From a virus (Duplodnaviria; Heunggongvirae; Uroviricota; Caudoviricetes), in the IMG/VR virus record IMGVR_UViG_2690316269_000009, positions 1 to 26,403 of that record: DNA of 26,403 nt. The stretch is one strand, 5' to 3'. The position numbers and the translations under genes are program-made. The notes below the pieces were generated by a model. That model did not search any database, was not told the DNA's origin, and saw nothing but the letters and a program-made list of their open reading frames with translations. This document shows, piece after piece, positions 13,814 through 26,403 of the stretch. The stretch's first letter is position 1. Each line of letters opens with the position of its first letter.

Positions 13814-16285
13814 ATGAGTAAAGTCTTTATTTGCGCCGCTATTCCTGACGAACTGGCAACAAGGGAAGAAGGCGCTGTGGCTGTAGCCACAGCCATTGAA
13901 GCTGGCGACGAACGCCGTGCTCGAGCAAAATTTCACTGGCAATTCCTGGAACATTATCCGGCTGCTCAGGACTGCGCTTATAAATTTATTGTCTGCGAGG
14001 ATAAACCTGGCATACCCCGCCCTGCCCTCGATTCATGGGATGCTGAATATATGCAGGAAAACCGCTGGGATGAGGATTCTGCTTCTTTTGTCCCGGTTGA
14101 GACTGAATCCGATCCGATGAACGTCACTTTTGACAAGCTGGCCCCTGAAGTACAGAACGCTGTCATGGTTAAGTTCGACACATGTGAAAACATCACCGTT
14201 GATATGGTGATTAGCGCACAGGAATTGTTGCAGGAAGACATGGCAACATTCGACGGACATATCGTTGAAGCGTTGATGAAAATGCCAGAAGTTAACGCCA
14301 TGTATCCGGAGCTTAAGCTGCATGCCATCGGGTGGGTTAAGCATAAATGTAAGCCTGGTGCCAAATGGCCCGAAATTCAGGCAGAGATGCGCATCTGGAA
14401 AAAACGTCGCGAAGGTGAACGCAAGGAAACCGGAAAATACACGTCTGTTGTTGATCTCGCCCGCGCCAGAGTCAATCAACAGCACACTGAAAATTCAACA
14501 GGAAAAATCAGCCTGGTCATTGCTGCCATTCATCGCGAATACAAGCAGACATGGAAAACACTGGATGACGAACTGGCCTACGCTCTCTGGCCTGGTGATG
14601 TGGATGCCGGAAACATTGACGGCAGCATCCATCGCTGGGCAAAAAATGAAGTTATCGACAACTACCGCGAAGACTGGAAGCGTATCTCGGCATCAATGCG
14701 CAAACAGCCTGATGCCCTTCGCTACGACCGCCAGACTATTTTTGGCCTTGTCCGTGAACGTCCGATCGACATTCACAAAGACCCTGTGGCACTGAACAAA
14801 TACATTACTGAATACCTGACTACAAAGGGCGTGTTTGAAGATGAAGGAACAAATCAGAGCGCAACTGATACTCTCTCGTCGCCAGTACCAGAAACTGATG
14901 CAGTGGAAACGGCAATTCCGGACAACGAAAAAACCGAATGCAAAGTGGAAGTCGAACCATCTGTAGAGCGTGAGGGGCCGTTCTACTTCCTCTTCACCGA
15001 CAAGGATGGCGAAAAATACGGTCGCGCAAACAAACTTTCTGGTCTGGATAAGGCACTGGCTGCCGGGGCTACTGAAATCACGAAAGAAGAATATTTCGCC
15101 CGCAAAAACGGTACATACTCAGGTTCACAACAAAATACTGGTGCATCTGACACGACCGCACAACCAGAGCCGGTAAAAGTTACCGCTGACGAAGTAAACA
15201 AAATTATGCAGGCAGCCAATATCAGCCAGCCTGACGCCGATAAGTTGCTTGCTGCCTCTCGCGGAGAATTTGTTGCAGGGATTAGCGACCCGAATGATCC
15301 GAAATGGGTTAAGGGGATCCAGACCCGCGATTCTGTAAACCAGAACCAGCATGAATCGGAACGGAACTACCAAAAAGCGGAACAAAACAGCCCAAATGCG
15401 TTACAAAACGAGCCAGAAACGAAACAGCCTGAACCAGTGGCGCAACAGGAAGTGGAAAAAGTCTGCACCGCCTGCGGTCAGACCGGCGGCGGCAACTGCC
15501 CTGATTGTGGCGCGGTGATGGGCGACGCAACATACCAGGAAACATTCGATGAAGAGTATCAGGTTGAAGTTCAGGAAGATGATCCGGAGAAAATGGAAGG
15601 CGCTGAACATCCACACAAGGAGAACACTGGCGGCAATCAGCATCACGATAGCGATAATGAAACTGGCGAGACGGCAGATCACTCAATTAAGGTGAACGGT
15701 CATCAAGAAATCACATCCACCAGCAGGACGTGTGACCATCTAATGATCGACCTTGAAACCATGGGAAAAAATCCTGATGCCCCGATCATCTCAATAGGTG
15801 CAATATTTTTCGATCCGCAAACCGGAGATATGGGACCGGAATTTAGTAAGACTATCGATCTGGAAACTGCTGGCGGAGTCATTGATCGGGACACCATTAA
15901 ATGGTGGCTTAAGCAATCACGCGAAGCGCAATCTGCCATTATGACCGATGAAATCCAGTTAGATGATGCACTGTTACAATTGCGGGAATTTATCGACGAA
16001 AACTCCGGTGAATTTTTTGTTCAGGTCTGGGGAAATGGAGCCAACTTCGACAACACGATTTTGCGCCGTTCATACGAACGGCAGGGGATCCCCTGCCCGT
16101 GGCGTTACTACAACGATCGCGATGTACGCACAATCGTTGAGCTGGGGAAAGCCATAGACTTCGATGCCAGAACGGCTATTCCATTCGAAGGTGAGCGCCA
16201 TAATGCACTTGATGACGCCCGTTACCAGGCAAAATACGTTTCAGTTATCTGGCAAAAACTGATCCCGAGTCAGGCTGATTTTTAA
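13814..16285 (+). CDS. Large early-operon exonuclease (about 823 aa) with C-terminal DEDDh (DnaQ-like) 3'-5' exonuclease domain
   Basis: ATG at 13814 with GAGG RBS; C-terminus has Exo I MIDLETMG, Exo II VWGNGANFD, Exo III HNALDDARYQ; acidic linker with Cys4 ribbon CTACGQTGGGNCPDCG. Confidence 0.7.
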   Translation: MSKVFICAAIPDELATREEGAVAVATAIEAGDERRARAKFHWQFLEHYPAAQDCAYKFIVCEDKPGIPRPALDSWDAEYMQENRWDEDSASFVPVETESDPMNVTFDKLAPEVQNAVMVKFDTCENITVDMVISAQELLQEDMATFDGHIVEALMKMPEVNAMYPELKLHAIGWVKHKCKPGAKWPEIQAEMRIWKKRREGERKETGKYTSVVDLARARVNQQHTENSTGKISLVIAAIHREYKQTWKTLDDELAYALWPGDVDAGNIDGSIHRWAKNEVIDNYREDWKRISASMRKQPDALRYDRQTIFGLVRERPIDIHKDPVALNKYITEYLTTKGVFEDEGTNQSATDTLSSPVPETDAVETAIPDNEKTECKVEVEPSVEREGPFYFLFTDKDGEKYGRANKLSGLDKALAAGATEITKEEYFARKNGTYSGSQQNTGASDTTAQPEPVKVTADEVNKIMQAANISQPDADKLLAASRGEFVAGISDPNDPKWVKGIQTRDSVNQNQHESERNYQKAEQNSPNALQNEPETKQPEPVAQQEVEKVCTACGQTGGGNCPDCGAVMGDATYQETFDEEYQVEVQEDDPEKMEGAEHPHKENTGGNQHHDSDNETGETADHSIKVNGHQEITSTSRTCDHLMIDLETMGKNPDAPIISIGAIFFDPQTGDMGPEFSKTIDLETAGGVIDRDTIKWWLKQSREAQSAIMTDEIQLDDALLQLREFIDENSGEFFVQVWGNGANFDNTILRRSYERQGIPCPWRYYNDRDVRTIVELGKAIDFDARTAIPFEGERHNALDDARYQAKYVSVIWQKLIPSQADF

Positions 16286-16343
16286 TGTTCAACCCTAATT
16301 GCCGCTAACCGTATATAGTTAGCGGCGGTTATGAGATATAGCT

Positions 16344-16547
16344 ATGAGCAACTTATTTTTAACCGAAGATGAATTGCTAATATTAACGGGCTGCAAATAT
16401 GCAAGCCACCAGCGAAAATGGTTAACGGAAAACGGGCTTCCGTTCTATACCAATCGTAGTGGCAAACCGATTGTCAGCCGGGATCTATTTACCTGCAATA
16501 AAACTTTACCACCACGCGAGGTAGAGCCGAATTTTGGTGCAATCTAA
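16344..16547 (+). CDS. Excisionase-like protein (67 aa)
   Basis: Small ORF immediately upstream of int with stop/start overlap (TAATG at 16545-16549). Confidence 0.55.
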   Translation: MSNLFLTEDELLILTGCKYASHQRKWLTENGLPFYTNRSGKPIVSRDLFTCNKTLPPREVEPNFGAI

Positions 16548-17572
16548 TGGGAAGACGAAGGAAAAATCCTGAACACGAAAAACTACCTCCAAATGTATAC
16601 CCAAATAAATATAGTTATGTATGGAAACCAACATCCAGAGAATCTGTCACACTAACCGCCATCAAGGATGGTTTAGCTGCTTTATGGAAAAAGTATGAGG
16701 AAACTGTAAATAATCGCGATCGTGCAATGACATTCGGTCGCTTGTGGGAAAAATTCCTCGCCAGCGCCTATTACAGTGACCTCAGTCCAAGAACACAAAA
16801 AGATTATCTGCAACATCAAAAAAAGTTGCTTGCCGTATTCGGTAAGGTGCCGGCAGATTCCATAAAACCAGAACACATCCGTCGATACATGGACAAGAGA
16901 GGGGAACAGAGTAAAACGCAAGCCAACCATGAAAAAAGCAGTATGTCCCGCGTTTACAGTTGGGGGTATGAGCGAGGGTACGTGAAGGCTAACCCATGTG
17001 CAGGTGTAAGTAAATTCAAGGCCAAAAACCGCGAACGATATGTAACCGACAAAGAATACCAGGCAGTATTAAGCGTTGCACCTCTTCCTGTTTTTATCGC
17101 AATGGAAATTGCCTATCTGTGTGCAGCGAGGGTTTCCGATGTGTTATCGCTGAAATGGGAGCAGATTGGAAACGACGGAATCTTTATCCAGCAAGGGAAA
17201 ACAGGAAAAAAACAGATAAAAGCATGGAGTCCACGATTACAGGCGGCGATCGAAAAAGCAAAACAGTTACCAACATCCGCCTATGTAATCAGTAATCAAT
17301 ACGGCAACCGATATATGTACAAAGGCTTTAACGAAATGTGGGTAGAAGCAAGAAATCGCGCAGGCAAAATTTCAGGTATTTTAACCGACTTCACCTTTCA
17401 TGATCTGAAGGCGAAAGGAATTTCAGACTATGAAGGAAGCAGTCGGGATAAGCAACTTTTCTCTGGTCACAAAACCGAGGGGCAAGTGCTAATCTATGAC
17501 AGGAAGGTTAAAGTTTCACCGACACTTGATGTCCCGTTACCTGAAAATATTCCAAGAAAATATTCCAAGTAA
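16547..17572 (+). CDS. Tyrosine site-specific integrase (phage integrase family, 341 aa)
   Basis: Typical size and tyrosine-recombinase organisation; ends 53 bp from the 3' end of tRNA-Ser. Confidence 0.85.
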   Translation: MGRRRKNPEHEKLPPNVYPNKYSYVWKPTSRESVTLTAIKDGLAALWKKYEETVNNRDRAMTFGRLWEKFLASAYYSDLSPRTQKDYLQHQKKLLAVFGKVPADSIKPEHIRRYMDKRGEQSKTQANHEKSSMSRVYSWGYERGYVKANPCAGVSKFKAKNRERYVTDKEYQAVLSVAPLPVFIAMEIAYLCAARVSDVLSLKWEQIGNDGIFIQQGKTGKKQIKAWSPRLQAAIEKAKQLPTSAYVISNQYGNRYMYKGFNEMWVEARNRAGKISGILTDFTFHDLKAKGISDYEGSSRDKQLFSGHKTEGQVLIYDRKVKVSPTLDVPLPENIPRKYSK

Positions 17573-17624
17573 TTCCAAGTGTGATTTTTGTCACTGACTT
17601 AATGATGTATAAGTGATTGAATTT

Positions 17625-17714
17625 TGGCGGAGAGAGGGGGATTTGAACCCCCGGTGGAGTTGCCCCCACTCCGGTTTTCGAGACCGGTCCGTTCAGCCGC
17701 TCCGGCATCTCTCC
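17625..17714 (-). tRNA. serU: tRNA-Ser (anticodon CGA)
   Basis: Minus strand reads ggagagatgccggagcggctgaacggaccggtctcgaaaaccggagtgggggcaactccaccgggggttcaaatccccctctctccgcca: cloverleaf with long variable arm, anticodon loop ctCGAaa, 3' CCA. Confidence 0.85.
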
Positions 17715-17807
17715 GTTCAGATGGTTGCCATGATGCCAGGAAATTTGGCATTTTAACAGTCCCTGTCCGTGCAATTTTGTTCAAGTGACGAGTTTGCGAG
17801 CAAAACG

Positions 17808-18605
17808 ATGATTAAGTGGCCCTGGAAAGTACAAGAATCAGCACATCAAACTGCCCTTCCCTGGCAGGAAGCACTATCGATCCCCCTTTTAACGTGTCTG
17901 ACGGAACAGGAACAAAGCAAATTAGTCACTCTTGCCGAACGTTTTTTACAGCAAAAGCGGCTTGTTCCTTTACAGGGCTTTGAACTGGATTCATTAAGAA
18001 GCTGCCGGATAGCACTTCTATTTTGCCTACCCGTTCTGGAGTTAGGACTGGAATGGCTGGATGGTTTTCATGAAGTCTTAATTTATCCTGCGCCATTTGT
18101 GGTCGATGATGAATGGGAAGACGATATCGGTCTGGTGCATAACCAACGTATTGTTCAGTCAGGTCAGAGCTGGCAGCAAGGGCCTATCGTTTTGAACTGG
18201 TTGGATATACAAGATTCTTTTGATGCTTCTGGTTTTAACCTGATTATTCATGAAGTCGCTCATAAGCTGGACACCCGTAACGGCGATCGCGCCAGCGGAG
18301 TTCCCTTTATTCCGTTGCGTGAGGTTGCTGGCTGGGAACACGATCTTCATGCTGCAATGAACAACATTCAGGAAGAAATCGAATTGGTTGGCGAGAATGC
18401 GGCGAGCATTGATGCTTATGCTGCCAGTGATCCTGCTGAATGTTTTGCCGTACTTTCTGAATATTTCTTTAGCGCCCCAGAACTTTTTGCTCCTCGTTTC
18501 CCTTCATTGTGGCAACGTTTCTGCCAATTTTATCAACAAGATCCTTTGCAGAGACTGCATCGCACTAATGATACAGACTCGTTTTCGGCGACGAATGTTC
18601 ATTAA
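17808..18605 (+). CDS. mtfA: Mlc titration factor A (MtfA, zinc-dependent peptidase, 265 aa)
   Basis: Starts [22 protein letters not shown]...; contains HEVAH zinc-binding motif; length matches the start at ATG 17808. Confidence 0.85.
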
Positions 18606-18705
18606 TTAACAACTTTGCAGATTAATTAACCAATTGAAATGACTTATGAAATTTAGTGTTGACAGACAAGGTACCGCTAAGTAATATGCGCCCCGTTCAC
18701 ACGAT

Positions 18706-18781
18706 TCCTCTGTAGTTCAGTCGGTAGAACGGCGGACTGTTAATCCGTATGTCACTGGTTCGAGTCCAGTCAGAGGAGCCA
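18706..18781 (+). tRNA. asnT: tRNA-Asn (anticodon GUU)
   Basis: tcctctgtagttcagtcggtagaacggcggactGTTaatccgtatgtcactggttcgagtccagtcagaggagcca: canonical 76-nt tRNA with CCA. Confidence 0.9.
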
Positions 18782-18870
18782 AATTCTAAAAATTCGCTTT
18801 TTTAGCGCAATGTCACTGACCTTAGTTGAACATTGTTTTTTAACGGATAGCGGGTTTTTAACATCTTAAG

Positions 18871-18901
18871 CGCCCTCGACCTTTATGGTTGAGGGCGTTT
18901 T
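18871..18901 (+). terminator. Rho-independent terminator after asnT
   Basis: cgccctcgacc tttat ggttgagggcg then tttt: about 11 bp stem (one G-U), 5 nt loop, T tail. Confidence 0.6.
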
Positions 18902-19094
18902 GCTATGAACGCCATCACCATTTTCCCCTCGATTATAAAACTTGAGTTATTCAGTAGTCTCCCCTCTTGCAACTCACACTCAAAACTGCCTAACGAAAAG
19001 TTATTAATTTTCAATCATATTGCTATCAGGATTTACATTTTTTCGCTGTGCTAGAAAGGGCGCATTTATGTTAGCTCGTTCAGGGAAGGTAAGC

Positions 19095-26171
<7,077 letters not shown>

Positions 26172-26190
26172 TTTTCCGTTATAATTTCTT

Positions 26191-26221
26191 AAAGAGTGCT
26201 CCATTCGGAGCACTCTTTTTT
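26191..26221 (+). terminator. Rho-independent terminator of yeeJ
   Basis: aaagagtgctcc attc ggagcactcttt then ttttt, 20 bp after the stop. Confidence 0.7.
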
Positions 26222-26403
26222 ACATTCCCTCTATAGAGCTTGCCCTTCTCTCACAGAAAATGAATAAATAAAACTGCTGCACCGCAAGAATCGCGTTCGA
26301 TGTGACTATGATCGTATCCGGTGAGTACTGATCCTACCCACGTAATATGGACACAGGCCTAAGCGAGGTTCTGGTTTTCAAATTGTTCCGGACTGAGGCC
26401 GCC

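Larger units (their letters stand above)
1..17624. mobile_element. Lambdoid (Qin/dic-type) prophage, integrase-proximal arm; inserted at 3' end of tRNA-Ser (serU); other boundary outside window
   Basis: Contiguous phage modules: Q antiterminator, RusA, DUF968, hok, O/P-like replication genes, DicA/DicC-like switch, DicF, dicB, exonuclease, xis, int ending 53 bp from the tRNA-Ser 3' end. Confidence 0.8.

Noticed and set aside
13978-15939. Minus-strand ORFs overlapping the exonuclease gene
   Set aside because: Embedded antisense to a long, well-supported plus-strand ORF with a clear RBS and catalytic motifs; no independent start signals.
13814-16285. Calling the 823-aa protein RecE (exonuclease VIII)
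   Set aside because: The C-terminal catalytic motifs are DEDDh (DnaQ-like), not the PD-(D/E)XK fold expected of RecE; the neutral exonuclease call is retained.
26222-26403. Possible insertion-sequence end or start of another gene after the yeeJ terminator (ATG at 26348, MDTGLSEVLVFKLFRTEAA)
   Set aside because: Only 19 codons before the window edge and no recognisable IS terminal inverted repeat; too little sequence to support a call.

Overview
Enterobacterial (E. coli-like) chromosome. Positions 1 to about 17624 are the integrase-proximal arm of a lambdoid, Qin/dic-type prophage inserted at the 3' end of tRNA-Ser(CGA) (serU); the rest is the chromosomal mtfA - tRNA-Asn (asnT) - yeeJ locus. 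Prophage genes, left to right: a late-region remnant (partial gene, disrupted TerB-like ORF coupled to a small membrane protein), Q antiterminator, RusA, DUF968 (YdfU-like), Rem-like, Hok toxin, then a visibly AT-rich accessory island (about 4460-9030), then P-like/O-like replication genes, a DicC-like/DicA-like immunity switch, ydfA/B/C-like ORFs, DicF sRNA, dicB, a large DEDDh exonuclease, excisionase and tyrosine integrase. The most interesting content is the AT-rich island: an overlapping AAA15-type ABC ATPase (457 aa) plus HNH nuclease (about 211 aa) pair with Septu (PtuA/PtuB) architecture, a decayed tyrosine recombinase, and an unrecognised 280-aa protein with a strong RBS. Several conserved genes carry in-frame stops or a frameshift, suggesting a partly decayed prophage. 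All calls rest on reading the supplied translations and sequence by eye; no searches were run, so family names are recollection-based and numeric estimates are approximate.
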